NCBI GenBank assembly: GCA_030390025.1
Contig: CM059432.1
Location: 78,804,001-78,868,000, forward strand
DNA length: 64,000 nucleotides
Direction: 5' to 3'
From: Squalus acanthias
Taxonomy: Eukaryota
The first letter of the stretch is position 1, and each line of letters opens with the position of its first letter. Both the position numbers and the translations under genes were made by a program. Of the stretch, positions 12,085-25,578 are shown in pieces. The notes beneath the pieces were generated by a model, which worked only from the letters and a program-made list of their open reading frames with translations, made no database searches and was not told the origin of the DNA.

Positions 12085-15000
12085 GGGCGGAATTTTAACA
12101 AGCAAGAATGAGTGGGTTGGGGTCGGGTGCGTCCTTAAAATCGGAGAAAAATGAAGCACGACCGCTACCCGGCTACAAAGCACTGACTTCCAGGTTTAAC
12201 TGAGGCTTGTTTGGATGCTGGTGAGAAACCTACTCGCCGAAGTCGGGCATTTAATTATTGCAGGCAGGCGGGTAGTTATTGGTGCAATTAACATCCTTAG
12301 GAGACGTTACTGAGGTCTTTGGAAATTAATTTTAACTTCGCTCTAAATTTAACGGTGCAGCGTGGGTTTCCCAGGGCTTGTGAGACTGGGGCGAGATTGA
12401 ACCGCAGTTCAGGTGGGTATTTAAACTTGTCATTGCCCCATCTGAATAAAAGCTCACTTATTGCAGCTGATGTCTCCGTTCCCACTGGCAAACTTTTGTC
12501 AGAAGTTCCTTGTGTGGATACAGCTTTTTACAACCTTGGAGACTTTCAAACTGACAAGATCAGGAGATGCGATGGATGTGTTTGACAGCACATCAGAAAG
12601 CTCCGAAAGCTTGTGATTTCAAATAAAACTGTTGGACTATAACCTGGTGTTGTGCGACTTCTCACTTTTGTCCACCCCAGTCCAACACCGGCATCTCCGC
12701 ATCACATCAGAAGAGGAAGACCATCACCATCTATGGCAGCAACAATGTACTGTGGATGGATCAGCACGTGCACAGGAGAGAGCTGCACAGGAGAGGGGCC
12801 GAGATCACAGGAGGCAATACCCACGTCACAGGGTTTACAGACAGAGGCTCAGCTTCCTTGACCTCTCGGAAGAGCTGTGCTTCCGCAGGCTGTGGTTGTC
12901 ACGTCAGGTGGTGGCAGACATCTGCAGCCTCCTAGAAGAAGACCTGCTCCCTGCTGGACCTGGTGGCCACACATTGCCAGTGGCTGTGAAAGTGATCACC
13001 GCTCCCAATTTTTTTGCTTCCGGAATCCTTCCAGGGTGCTACCAGAGACATAGCCAGGAACTCCTAGTTGGCTGCATATAAATGCATAAGGCAGGTCACT
13101 GATGGATTGTTTGCCAGGGCTGGTAGTTATGTAAATTTCTCCTGTGATGACAATAGCCAGAATGAGCAGGCACTTAGATTTGCCTCTCTGGCTTGATTCC
13201 CACAGGTACAGGGTGCCACCGATTGCACACACGTGGCAATCCGAGCACCATCACAGCAACCAGGAGTTTTTCTAAACCGCAAGGGATATTCGTCCATCAA
13301 TGCGCAGCTGATGTGCAACCACAAGAAGAGGTTCATTTGGGTATGCGTCAGATTCCCTGGGACCTGTTATGATGCATTCATACTGCGGCAGTCCTACATT
13401 CCAGACCTTTTCATTCCAGGAAGCAGACTTAAGGTATGGCTCGTAGGAGACAAGGGATAACCCCCTTCAAACTTGGCTCATGACACCTGTGAGGAACCCC
13501 ACCAATGAGGTGCAGGAGCGCTACAATGAGGGCCACATGATCACCTGTGTGTCATAGAGCAAGCCATCAATATGTTGAAGATACGCTTCAGGTGCCTAGA
13601 CAGATCTGGAGGCGCCCTTCAGTACTCGCCAGCAAGGGACTCCAGAATAATAGTGGTGTGCATCCTGCACAATATAGCGCAGCAGGGAGGATTGTAGGTG
13701 CAGGAGGACAAAGGGGCTCATCACTCATCTTCGGATGAGTACAACATAGAGGAGGAGGAGGATGAAAATGGGGCACCCATCGCCAGACCAGTCGCTTACA
13801 TTGCTGCTCGGGATGCTCTAATATCACAAGGTTCACCGAGTGTAAAGCATAAGTAATGAATTCCTGCAGTCCATTCCCACCACCAGGACCATCTCCCCCT
13901 TTGCAGTAAACAATCCTTCCACCACTCATCCACCCATTGCACATCCGCCCAATGGGTCCCGCCTTGCATCATGAAACAAGTGATGGGGCGAGTTGGCTCT
14001 TGGGACGCAATAATGGGCAAGACATGAAAGTGGTGCTAATCAATACATTTTATGTTGCATTATTTAAAAAGGAAACTTAACAACATAACATTTTGTCAAA
14101 CACCCATGTGCATACCCTTGTTGAATTACAATTTCTTGAACTTTCGCTTCCTAATGCTTCTACGTGGTGCATCCTGTGTGGCTTCAGCAAAGGTAGAGGC
14201 AGGCTGCTCAGATCCCTGCTCTGACTGCTGAGATGCTCGTGACCTACGCCCTCTGGGTTTTGAAGTCCCTGAGAGCCCCGCCAAAGACTGCTCCACCTGC
14301 ACCTGTGCAGGGGCAGACTCGGCCATCGGGAGATGAGGCAGCATGTCGGGTACTGGCTGAGGAGATGGGAGGGGGTAACAGGTGAGAAGTTGAGTGCTTT
14401 AAGTGGTGTTCCCACTTCCATGCCCCCTTTCGCCATCATCCCTCTCCTGGGCCAGCGCCACATCACTCCTATCACTCTGCTGCAGACCAGCTTCAGTGAC
14501 ACGTTGTAAGGCCACGGATACAGTAGTTGTCGACCTGTTTAAGGTGGGAGACATCTCCTGCACAGCTGTGGTCACCGCCTGCATGGACTCATTTGGGAAC
14601 CGTGCTTGAAGCTCCACGGAGGCAGCCACTCTCTTCATGGCAGACATTCTCGCAATTCACTACGTCACCAATCCACTAGTGTTCGAGTTGGACTCCTCCA
14701 TTCTCTCCGCTATTATGGAGAGTGTGCGTGGCACATCTGTCAGTACCTGGCGAAGCTGCTGAAGCACCTCTAACATTCTCCTTCTCAACGATAGCCCCCT
14801 AGGTTCAGCATCTGTGTCAGGCTGAGCAGCCCTTGGAGAGCATTGCGCCCCCCAACGCGGACTCTCCACAGCTGTCCCTGCCACCAGTGTCTGCTCATGC
14901 TCACTTGTGAGGTGTGAATCACCAGGTAAAAACCCAACTAACTGTCTAAGTGGACCCAGCGAAGTGTGAGTATTTGTGCTTGTGCGTGGCTGTGATGGTG

Positions 15001-16146
15001 CACCCTCAGAAGGAATGAGGTCCTCTGAGGAATCATCCTCATGGATGTCCTGCGACACTTGCTGTATGCGTGAATGCCTTGCAAGACAAAAGAAAGGCAT
15101 ATTACTTAGTCGTGGCAATATTGACAATCACCATACTCAGTCTTCTCATAGTTCAGTCATTGATAAAAGAAAATCAGCATATGTGTGTCAGAGATATTTG
15201 TAATTCTGTCACTAGCTATGTGCGAGCTCCCTGTCTCTCCATCTCTGACTGAGAGGGACACAGATGTGCCACTTATCTCCAGGACCACCTCCTCTGCATC
15301 TGTTAGCTGCACTATTTGTGGTGGGCCACCTCCAGTCCTCTCCCTCTCCCTTACATTTTGCGCTCTCTTCTACAAGGGGCGAAACAACAAATCTGTAAGT
15401 GAGTGAAGGTCACCAGATGAATGCAGTGCATGCGGTGAGGGTGACTATGATACGCATGCATCACATTGCATAAGGATTGGGGTGAGTGGCAACAATGGAT
15501 GGATAAATGGGGAGGTGATGAAGTGCATAGAAAGTGAAGGCAGGGTGATGTTGAATGTTGAGTGGGTGTGAGAAGTGATGTGATGGAGAATGCTTAACAA
15601 GATAGGGTGAAAGGGGGCGGGGGCCTTAAACACAGGATGTAGTTGAATCAGCGAATGTACTCACTTTCCCTGACCTGGTTAGGTCATTAAGCCGCTTCCT
15701 ACATTGCATCCAAGACCTGGGCACAACACTCCTGCTGCTCATCTCCTCAGTTACCTCCAACTACACCTCCTTGGTGAGAGCCACAGGTTTCTTCCTCCCA
15801 TTGCTGGGGAAAAGTATGTCCCTCCTGCTCCTGAATGCACCCAGCAGTAATTCCAGCGATGTGTCATTGAATCTGCCCTTGCTCTAGGTCCACCATCCAT
15901 CCTCAACACCGCCAATTTCCATTTGTGCATCGTCCCTTTTGTGCATTGTCCCTTTAAATACAGCTGAGATCACATCATGCGGACGCACATCATGCCCATT
16001 GCACAGCTTGGAGACGTGAAACCCAGAAGTCAAAATTAATTGGTTCAATTGAGTTAAGTTTGCAGACCCACTGAGTTGACTTCCAGGTTTCGCCCTCGCA
16101 ATTCCACCCCCCGCTCGAAAGCCACCTTCATATTAATATCAGGGAC
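12085..16146. mobile_element. PIF/Harbinger element B, near full length and degraded (transposase + at about 12570-13845; intron-containing Myb/SANT-like gene - at about 14080-15900)
   Basis: TSD AAT (12082-12084, 16147-16149); imperfect TIRs; DCTHVAI, NRKGYSSINAQL, GDKG and [10 protein letters not shown] motifs; minus-strand RFNDTSLELLL...SWMQCRKRLNDL followed by a gtgagt donor. Confidence 0.9.
12599..12702 (+). mobile_element. Penelope-type pseudo-LTR fragment (half hammerhead) with 10-bp TSD
   Basis: CACATCAGAA at 12589-12598 and 12703-12712; GCTCCGAAAGCTTGTG...TGTTGGACTATAACCTGGTGTTG is shared with 49338-49436. Confidence 0.8.
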
Positions 16147-16441
16147 AATATCTTAAATATAGAAGTAAGTCTTTATCCATCCAATGACATCGGCATTGAT
16201 TTGTATTGATTCATCATTGGATGGATAAATGATCAAGTGACTACTAGGATGGTAGAAGGTGAACTAGATGGACCTTGATCTTTTTTTGACTAGCAATTCC
16301 TATGTTCTTATCAACAGAAAAAATGCAGAGTAGGGTTACAGTAGAGCCCTGGCAAATACATGAGCTATTCACTACTAATTGGCTGTTTGGTGCTTGCATG
16401 TTTTTCATATTAAAAATTTGCAGCTTCTGTTATTTCCATAG

Positions 16442-16596
16442 GATCTTCAGAATATTGGGGCCAGGAACGTTTGTGTGATGACTGACAAGAATGTGGCCAA
16501 GCTTCCTCCTGTTCAAGCTGTCCTCAATTCATTGGTTAAGAATGGAGTGAACTTTCAAGTGTTTGACAAGGTCAGAGTGGAGCCGACAGATGTAAG
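16442..16596 (+). CDS. ADHFE1: ADHFE1 coding exon 5 (DLQNIGARNVCVMTDKN...VRVEPTDV)
   Basis: tag|...|gtaag, 155 nt, open frame. Confidence 0.97.
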
Positions 16597-17504
16597 GTAA
16601 GGAACACTTATGTTTAAGGAGCAAGGCTCTAATGGCTTTAAAAAGTATATACTTTAAAATGAGTACTTTTTAAAGAGAATGGCTTCCGTGCTACACTTTT
16701 AGGCCAGGCTGAAGAGACTGCATATGTGCATTCTATATCACATGTAGCCAGACTCCATAATATGGACATCTCTCCATACAGTGACTGATGTGATGGTTTA
16801 GATTCTCCTCCAGGTGATGGACAATAACAAAAATTTGGGTAGTAAGACCGGCTGCTGTCTCACCATCCTGACCAGGATTTCTCTCGCCACACCCCTGCCT
16901 GGATCACCACTGGCCCCTCCTTCCTTGCCTGCTGCATTAAAATGGCAGTAGGGGTGCAGGGCCCAGATCCGCAACAGATGTTCCTTGTGTCCACCCATGA
17001 TACTGTAGCTTCCCTGACTCACCGTGAGGAAGGTGGCACTGGGCAATGGGAGGCGATGGTAACAGGCTTGAGGTGCCCCCAACGAAGGAGAGGGCCTAGT
17101 AGCGACCTCCTTTCCTTCCATTCCACCCCTCGTGAAATACCTGTGTAGGCCTCGGTCTCTGCCAAGACCAACAAAGCTGCCACTCCTGCCCCTTTAATTC
17201 TGTCCCCCTCTCCTGTGATGTTACAGCATCTCTAGCATGTCCCTCGGATCCAATGCAGGCTCCTTCTTGGAAATGAGAATCCTGCATTAATAATAATCCC
17301 AAACCCAGACAAGTGGATTGGGGATGGAGCAGAATCAGAGGGGCATACAGAAGTCCAGCCCCATTGGAACTCTGTCCCAAGAGGATAATACCAGCCAATG
17401 GGTCACTACAGCTGGTCTGAACAGAGGCACTTGGGCTGGAGTAAAATAGTAACAAGAAAGATATTCTCTGGAAGATGAAGGTAGATATTTTTTTCTTAAT
17501 ATTT

Positions 17505-18790
17505 TTTCAAACCCTCTCCTGAAGATAGTGATTTATACTAAGGTTCAATTCCATGTGCACTGGCAGTCCTCTGGTAACACACCCAAATGCCCATTGTTCA
17601 TTGGTAAGCCTTGACAGTGAGTTGGCAAGCTGTTGAACTGTGGTGGACACATGCGAGCCCAGTCCTGACACCCATGCATGTACTTTACATTAGCAGTCTC
17701 TAAATAGTGACTGGAAGGAAAACCCTTGCTGATTCTACTATATATATCTATACTGAAGATATTTGAGGCTGATTGTTGTGTCCCTATCGCTGTCCTGTTG
17801 AGATCAGCTAACTCAGCACAGATTTTTTTTTGAATTCATTCATGGGATGTGGGCGTCGCTGGCGAGGCCAGCATTTATTGCCCTTCCCTGATTGCCCTTG
17901 AGAAGGTGGTGGTGAGCCGCCTTTTTGAACTGCTGCAGTCCGTGTGGTGAAGGTACTCCCACAGTGCTGTTAGGGAGGGAGTTCCAGGATTTTGACCCAG
18001 CGACAATGAAGGAACGGTGATATACTTCCAAGTCAGGATGGTGTGTGACTTGGAGGGGAACCTGGAGGTGGTGGTGTTCCCATGCTCCTGCTGCTCTTGT
18101 CCTTCTAGGTGGTAGAGGTCGCGGGTTTGGGAGATGCTGTTGAAGAAGCCTTGGCGAGTTGCTGCAGTGCATCTTGTAGATGGTACACACTGCAGCCACG
18201 GTACGCCAGTGGTGGAGGGAGTGAATGTTTAAGGTGGACGATGGGGTGCCAATCAAGCGGGCTGTTTTGTCCTGGATGGTGTCGAGCTTCTTGAGTGTTG
18301 TTGGAGCTGCACTCATCCAGGCAAGTGGAGAGTATTCCATCACACTCCTGACTTGTGCCTTGTAGATGGTGGAAAGGCTTTGGGGAGTCAGGAGGTGAGA
18401 CGCTTGTTGCAGAATACCCAGCCTCTGACCTGCTCTTGTTGCCACAGTATTTATGTAGCAGGTCCAGTTAGGTTTCTGGTTAATGGTGACCCTTAGGATG
18501 TTGATGGTGGCGGATTCAGCGACGGTAATGTTGTTGAATGTCAAGGGACGGTGGTTAGACTCTCTCTTGTTGGAGATAGTCATTGCCTGGCACTTGTGTG
18601 GCGCGAATGTTACCTGCCACTTATCAGCCCAAGCCTGAATGTCGTCCAGGTCTTGCTGCATGCGGGCATGGACCGCTTCATTATCTGAGGAGTTGCGAAT
18701 GGAACTGAACACTGTGCAATCAAGATTAGGGATAAAACCTGGGACCTTCCTGATCTGTAAGGCTCAGTACCACACCCAACAACACTTACC
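17505..18790 (-). mobile_element. tRNA-head SINE-like repeat split by a LINE (related copies at about 32560-32810 and 46930-47225)
   Basis: Head-like segment at 18722-18790 continues into gctgagttagctgatctc at about 17800; motifs are shared among the three copies. Confidence 0.55.
17823..18721 (-). mobile_element. CR1/L2-group LINE (family 2), 3' fragment
   Basis: 290-aa ORF (WADKWQVTFAPHKC, YKAQVRSVMEY); AATAAA plus short A tail. Confidence 0.9.
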
Positions 18791-18916
18791 CATAGCTCTC
18801 CTGGTTTTTAAATAAATAAATAAAGATATACCATTTGTTTAGTCTTTCAGACTGTATTATTCTGACATATTGCTTTGTTTGAGTTGGTCATTCTGTATTT
18901 TTTGAAATGTTATTAG

Positions 18917-19113
18917 CTTCAAGGAAGCAATAACATTTGCTAGGCAAGAACAGTTCGATGCATATGTTGCTGTTGGAGGTGGATCTGTGATGGACACGTG
19001 TAAAGTGGCTAACCTCTACACCTGCAGCCCTGATGCTGAATTCTTGGACTACGTCAATGCACCAATAGGGAAGGGAAAGCCTGTTACTGTTAGTCTCCGT
19101 CCTTTGATAGCAG
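18917..19113 (+). CDS. ADHFE1: ADHFE1 coding exon 6 ([17 protein letters not shown]...PLIA)
   Basis: tag|...|gtagg, 197 nt; GGGS motif of iron-containing ADHs. Confidence 0.97.
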
Positions 19114-19239
19114 GTAGGTTGATGCGGAAGATGTTTTAATAATGAGTTGGTTTGAATTGTGCCATTAGTAGCTTTCTGTGCGGCGTACGAATTATAACCA
19201 CAGTCTGCAAATAGATTTGCGGACAGAGTGGAAATTTAA

Positions 19240-19570
19240 GTTTTCTCTCCAAGTCTCTTCTCCCCCATTCCTCCTCTCTGCCCTGCTTCCCTCCCTCGCC
19301 CTTCATCTCTCCCTCTCCCCTATCTTTATCCCTCTTCCCCTATCCTTCTCCCTCCCTCTATAACCTCCCGTCCCTTTCCCCTATCCAGTCCCCTCCCTCT
19401 CTTCTTCACTCCCCCTCTCTCCCTACATTTCCTCCTATTCTCCCCTTCCACTCCCTCTCCTCCCCTCCACTCCTCCTTCCTCTCCCTCTCCCTCTCCCCC
19501 TCCTGTCCCCTTTCTCTTCTCTACTCTCCTCTTTACCCCTCCTAACCTTTCCGCTCCCCCTGCTCTCCTG
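19240..19570. repeat. Polypyrimidine (C/T) low-complexity tract
   Basis: About 330 nt almost entirely C/T. Confidence 0.9.
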
Positions 19571-20004
19571 AAAAGTGCTGTTAGTCTTACCCACCCATGT
19601 GCAGTGCCTTGGGAGATTGACTAGTAACTACAAATTGTCAAAAATGCACTGTTGAAAAATACTTTTTCCATATAATATAGTAACATAACAGTACCGACAC
19701 AGCTTCCATTATAAAATTGCCACTCATCAATGAATGCAAGAGTCTATATTGCGTATATATGTCATCACACAACTTGTATGATGATGTCACTAGCATGAGA
19801 TACACATCTCAGGATCCACGAAAAGCCAGGAGAAATCCACTTTTTGAAGGCCAGAATCGGACAGAAATTGCTTTTACCAATCCATTAACCTGAAATTTGT
19901 TTTGGTGGAATTTGGTAAAAACTGATTATAAAGGCCTCTAATTGTAAATGTCACACATTTCTCTTTGGAGTGGATGATTCTGACTAGCAAAATGAGGAGT
20001 TTTA

Positions 20005-20455
20005 ACAGTTGGTAGCACTCTCGCCTCTGAGTCAGAAGATTGTGTGTTCAAGTTCCACACCAGAGACTTGAGCACATAATCTAGGCTGACACTCCAGTGC
20101 AGTGCCGAGGGAGTGCTGCACTGTTGGAGGTGCCGTCTTTTGGACGAGACGTTAAACCGAGGTCTCGTCTGCCCTTTCAAGTGGACATAAAACATTCCAC
20201 GGCACTATTTCAAAGAGCAGAGGAGTTCTCCCTGGTGTCTTGGCAAATATTTATCCCTCAACCACTATCACAAAAAACAGATTATCTGGTCATTATCACA
20301 TTGCTGATTGTGGGAGCTTGCTGTGCGCAAAGTGGCTGCCGCGTTTCCTACATTACAACAGTTACTACACTTCAAATGTACTTAATTGGCTGTAAAGCAC
20401 TTTTGGGGCATCCTTAGGTCGTGAAAGACACTACATAAATGCAATTCTTTCTTTT
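20005..20455 (+). mobile_element. DeuSINE (SacSINE1-like) SINE, nearly complete
   Basis: tRNA-like head (ggtagcactctcgcctctgagtcagaag...gttcaag); Deu-domain-like GAGACGTTAAACCGAGG and CTGGTCATTATCACATTGCTG; L2-like tail ataaatgcaa. Confidence 0.8.
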
Positions 20456-20476
20456 TACTTTAACTACTGACATTAA

Positions 20477-20755
20477 GGGAGTAATTTTAACCCCCAAAAA
20501 CGGGTGGGAGGTTAAAAAGTTAAAGTTAATCTAAAACAGGAACCGAACCCACTCACTTCCAGTTTTAACGGAGACGGGACGAGGGGCAGGCGACCAATCC
20601 GCTCGCAGGAGGCGGGTCAGTCATTGAAACCTTTTCAGAGGCTGTGTGCTTTTATTTTAACAGTGATTCTCTTTTTAACCACAGTCGGCCGGGTTTCCCG
20701 TCCATAACTCCTGCCCCCGCCACCCCCTCTGCACCAAATGCGCTTCAGAGGTAAT
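20477..20755. mobile_element. Harbinger terminal fragment
   Basis: GGGAGTAATTTTAAC terminus and subterminal acttccagttttaac, similar to 12085-12200. Confidence 0.55.
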
Positions 20756-20756
20756 A

Positions 20757-21243
20757 CTGCCTGGATGAGTGCAGCTCCAACAACACTCAATAAGCTCGAC
20801 ACCAGCCAGGACAAAGCAGCCTGCTTGATTGGCACCCCATCCATCACCTTAAACATTCATTCCCTCCACCACCAGCGTGTGTACCATCTACAAGATGCAT
20901 TGCAGCAACTCGCCAAGGCTTCTTCAGCAGCACCTCCCAAACCCACGACCTCTTCCACCTAGAAGGACAAGGGCAGCAGGCGCATGGGAACACCACCACC
21001 TCCAAGTTCCTCTCCAAGTCACACACTATACTGACTTGGAAATATATCGCCGTTCCTTCATCGTCGCTGGGTCAAAATCCTGGCACTCCCTCCCTAACAG
21101 CACTGTGGGAGTACCTTCACCGCACGGACTGCAGCGGTTCAAGAAGGTGACTCACCACCACCTTCTCAAGGCAATTAGGGATGGGCAATAAATGCTGGCC
21201 TTGCCAGCGATGTCCACATCCCAGGAACGAATAAAAAAAAAAG
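20757..21243 (+). mobile_element. CR1/L2-group LINE family 2, 3' fragment
   Basis: AWMSAAPTTL...KSWHSLPNS; AATAAA plus A tail. Confidence 0.9.
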
Positions 21244-21498
21244 TTATAAATTTGTACTTTTTGTCGATCTGACAAAAGAATGTTTTATATATCATGTTTT
21301 TGTAATCATTATAGATCTTAAAGGAAAAAAAGACTTGCACTTATATAGCGCCTTTCATGATCAAACCGCTTTACAGCCAATAAAGTACTTTTTGTTGTAA
21401 TGCAGAAAATCAATCTTGAAATTGAATGTTAAACTATATGGAGAACCAAAAATACAGTTCTTTGCTAATCACATTATGTATTTTGTTATTTTTCCAAG

Positions 21499-21576
21499 TT
21501 CCCACTACAGCTGGCACTGGAAGTGAGACCACAGGTGTGGCAATATTTGATTATGAAGCTATGAAAGTTAAAACAG
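21499..21576 (+). CDS. ADHFE1: ADHFE1 coding exon 7 ([26 protein letters not shown])
   Basis: aag|...|gtac, 78 nt; PTTAGTGSE family signature. Confidence 0.97.
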
Positions 21577-24048
21577 GTACAAGTGAATAACCGTGACAAT
21601 GCAAACTGTAGTGAGATGGATCTTTCCTATGTTAATGTACTTGTAAATAATCAAAGTCACCTTTGTTTTAAGAACATAAGAATTAGGAGCAGGAGTAGGC
21701 CATTTGGCCCCTCAAGCCTCCTCCGCCAGTCAATAAGATCCTCTCCAAAAGCCATATCCCACAAACTGCACCACTAGCCTCAAACACTGCTCAATTCACC
21801 ACACCCCCATCACTCACTTACCAACAATCTCTTATCAATCACGCCTCATACCTCATATTCATATGCTCCATCTCACACACTTACCACTGCTGCAAGCCTC
21901 ACACCCACATCTCACAGCTTGCACACACTGCCAGCTATTCAACCATGACAGCCACATCACCCAAAAGTGATCCACACTCACTGATACACTTCCCTTTCTC
22001 TTACAGGACAAGGTGGCGCACATACGTAGGCAGCTGCAGCTAATTGGAGGGGACAGGTGCACCTCCATATCCTGACCCCGGTCACAGAGTCGGTGCTCGC
22101 CAGAATTGGAGTGGCTGTGACTGAGAACGTGGCCAGCGGCGGCGATGAAAGCATTGAGATGACAGTGTACTCATACCTAATCCTCCTTCTCACATCCCAC
22201 TTCTCCCTCATCCCACAATCTCTTCTGACTTACAAGCTGTAGATGGTGTAAGTTTGCACCTCTTCCTTTACCATGCTCCACCCCCCTCACCATAATCCTA
22301 CCCTTGTGCCTTTCTCATTTCAGAGACCCAGGAAATCCAACCTGGCCAGCCAGTGGTGGAAGAAGACAAGGAGAGTGATAATGAAGAAGAAACACCGTCA
22401 CTTGATCTGACACTCGCAGCCACTAGCTCAGAAACTGGCACTGTGCGGACTTTAGAGGATAGCTTAGAGGCGGGATCTGCACGTGGTGAGTCACCGGGCA
22501 CGAGTGGGCTGCAGCCAGGGCAGGGGTTAAGGGTAGCGTAGGTGCCAGCTCCCCGGAGGGCGAAGTCACACATGAGTTAGGCTGCACAGGACTCCGATGA
22601 GGACTTTGATGGGGCAGCCCACAGAAGAACGCTGATGGGTAGGCACAACAAAATGCTTGGTGCATTGACAGGCCTGCCAGAAACCCTGAATGCAATGTCA
22701 AAGAGCATGGAGGAGTCCAGCTCCAGCCTTACACAGGGCTTTACGCAGAGCTTGGAGCCCATCCTTTCCAGTGTGGAAGGGATGGGCAGATCCATTAGCA
22801 CACTTGTGGACCAAACCATGATGCAGCGTCTGATGGCCGAATGTCTCAGCTTCCATTGCAGCACAAGCAGAAGCCACCCAATGTCTGAGTGCTGCAATGG
22901 AAACTCAGACTGAAGTCATGCAAGCTCAGCTTGCTGCCACGCAAGCACAGACTGCTGCCATCATGGCTGGATTTACCACTGTTGAAAGGGGCTTGCAGAG
23001 TGTCACAGCAGTCAAGCAGTCTGTCCTCCAGCAGATTACTAAGATTGCTGAGGCGCCGCCCCGGGGGATGGCACTGGCTCTGTGGAGGACGAACATGCTG
23101 TTCTCTCTCAGGATGACAGCATTCGTCTTCCCACCACTGCCACTCCGCCAGTGCCCTTGCTGTTGCGTGTCAGCCAGCCCAGACTGCTGCCGCCCATGCC
23201 GAGGTGGTGCAGTCCGAAGCCGGGCCTACTCGGCCCAAAGCTGCTCAAGGTCGTCCTACAAGGCCATCTGTAGTCTCTCCCACTGAAAGTCAGTAGCCTT
23301 CCACCAGCCATCCTGCAGCCACTGGGGTAGCACTGCATAGGAGCACTAGGACAGGCAAAGGCACTCAGAAGACAGGCACTAAGGGTGATAAGTTGACTTT
23401 TGAATGAAATATTGTAATGGTTGGATTTATAAATGTTTGTTTTGTGGTGGCTTTTATTGTAGCATTGTGGCCAAGAGAACATTGTGATGGTCAGTAACAG
23501 AGAGAAGGTAAGGTGTGGGACTATTGTTGAATGGGAAATTGGGGTTGCGTTCTCTGGTACCGCAGTTCGATGATTCAGTCACAAACAGCTCAGGCAGAAA
23601 GGGGCTGTCTGGGTTGCCTCTTCCTTTCTGCTTCCTCCTCTTCCTCTTCTTCCTCCTCCTCATCCTCCTCCTCAGCTAAGTATGCCTGGTGACAAGGGCT
23701 GTGCCCTTGTGATGGCGAGGTTGTGGAACATGCAGCATACCATGGCGAATCTTGAGACGCACTCTGGTGAGTACTGCAGGGCTCCTCCAGAGCGGTCCAG
23801 GCAGCAGAAGTGTTGTTTAATGATGCCAATGGTCTGCTCTATCAGATTCCGTGTGACAGCATGGCTTTCGTTACATGCATATAGCTCACGTGTGGTTGGG
23901 TTGTGCAGCGGAGTCATGAGCCAGGTGGTCAGCGGATAGCCCTTGTCGCCCAATAGCCACCCTCTGTTTTGTTGTGGTGGCTCAAATGCTGATGGTACAG
24001 TGGACTGCCGCAGAATGAAGGCATCATGCGTGCTGCCAGGATACCGAG

Positions 24049-24371
24049 TGTTGAATTTTAAAAATGTGCGTCGTTCGCTTGAGTAGTAACAAAGTCAACT
24101 TTTGGTTCTGGTTACAACACTTTTATTCTTGTTTCAGCACACACAGTAGTTACGCAGACAGAGTACAATTAGGTATGCGCTTTTCATATTGTACCACCTA
24201 TTGTTAGTGGGTGTAAGCAATTTATACATTTCCAATGTGGGTGTTGTGGAAAGTCATTTCTGTCTCCTATTGGTCCCTTTTTATTGTTGCAGAACCTTAT
24301 ATGGTACTACCCCTTTAGTGGTTTCCCTTCATGCCCAGACTTGCCTTTTCCTTTCTGTCCCAGTATCAATA
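24049..24371 (-). repeat. 3' LTR (323 bp)
   Basis: Direct repeat of 28130-28468 with about 21 substitutions and 6- and 10-bp indels (manual count); minus-strand AATAAA at 24122-24127. Confidence 0.95.
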
Positions 24372-24387
24372 CCTGTTACTCTTTTTT
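24372..24387 (-). promoter_or_regulatory. Polypurine tract
   Basis: Minus-strand AAAAAAGAGTAACAGG preceded by a T-run, immediately before the 3' LTR. Confidence 0.75.
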
Positions 24388-24405
24388 AAAAAAAATTTTC
24401 GCGGG

Positions 24406-25578
24406 CTACCTCTTAACAAAGGTTGTTGCACTTCCATAAACTGGTGGCCACCCCATTCCCATTACTATTTCTCTACTCTTCCTTATATCTTCTATATCCT
24501 GTATCGACTTTCTCACACAGCATAATGCAATGATCAGCAACATCTGCTCTGTGTGTTTTTGTGCGGTTCCAGTTCTGTGGATTATTGACTTCAAACTGAG
24601 GCATACAGGGTGTATATAATGTCCGATATGTGGGATCGCTTGGATTGCCTCGTCTTCCAATGGCAATTTCAGTTGGACATGTGTTACATTATAATGACGA
24701 ACCGGTACCAAAGTTTTGCCTCCTATCTTTATACTTCCTCTCTCGGATCATATGCAGAGCGATGTTCATGTGACGAGGCAGTCAGTTGTTCCTACCATCA
24801 TGCCGACTGCCGTAGTCATCACGCTCAGTTTGTTCTTCCCTTCTCCCATAATTCCAAGCCCATTTTGCAGTTTGGGGAATCATCATCCAGTGTAAAACCA
24901 CAAGCCGTAGCTCCTATTCCTAGCCAATCTGACAACCTTGCTTTTTTCGTGATTTAGGTTGATTCTCCTTATTTTCCCCATCCTTCTCGACCCTTGGCTC
25001 CGGTTTCCTATTCATTTACTAATTCTCATAACATTTCATCTATCATCATTCTGCAGATACATTTCAACTGTAACCCAAATCCTTCTTCCACCTTTACCAC
25101 ATTTTTTTCTTCCTGCCCATTATGAATGTGACATTTGCCTTTTCTTTTACTCTTCAATCTTATTAACGCCATTACACAGCATTGCGTATTCCCTGAGCCC
25201 CCATATTTTATGCTGACACACATATGTCCCATTATTATGCGGCAGAAATTTAGACCAACACAACTTAGTTCCGTTTTGATGTGACTCTTTGTCGACTTCT
25301 TCCTTCAGCCAGTTTCCTGTTTACGTTTCCGGTTTCACCTTATGGAATGTGACATCCTTGGAGTCTGGACAGGTGCATTCAAGACAAACCCCCTGGTCCT
25401 GTCCAACTAAGCGGACCTGTCGTGATAATGGAACAGTGAAGTTCCTGCTCCACCAGGTGTCTGTAAAGCTGAAGGTCTCTTTCCCCTCTATAGTAATAGT
25501 ACAATCATTCTGGGACTCGCCTTTAGCATTCATTCCATACATACTCCCGGTCAGGAACAGTAGCAGGATGTACAACAT
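24406..25578 (-). pseudogene. env-position ORF: signal peptide, two Ig-like domains and a C-terminal hydrophobic remnant (stops and frameshifts)
   Basis: MLYILLLFLTGSMYG; VCLECTC...NNGTYVC; LQLKCIC...ARLSDWLGIGATAC; MLLIIALCCVRK; upstream acceptor ttggtcttgtgtccgcag. Confidence 0.7.

Noticed and set aside
19178..19594. Pro/Leu/Ser- and Arg/Gly/Glu-rich ORFs
   Set aside because: These are translation artefacts of the polypyrimidine tract.
20477..23390. A single Harbinger element spanning ADHFE1 exon 7 (exon capture)
   Set aside because: Exon 7 is a normal conserved exon in order and phase; the two Harbinger pieces are better explained as independent insertions.
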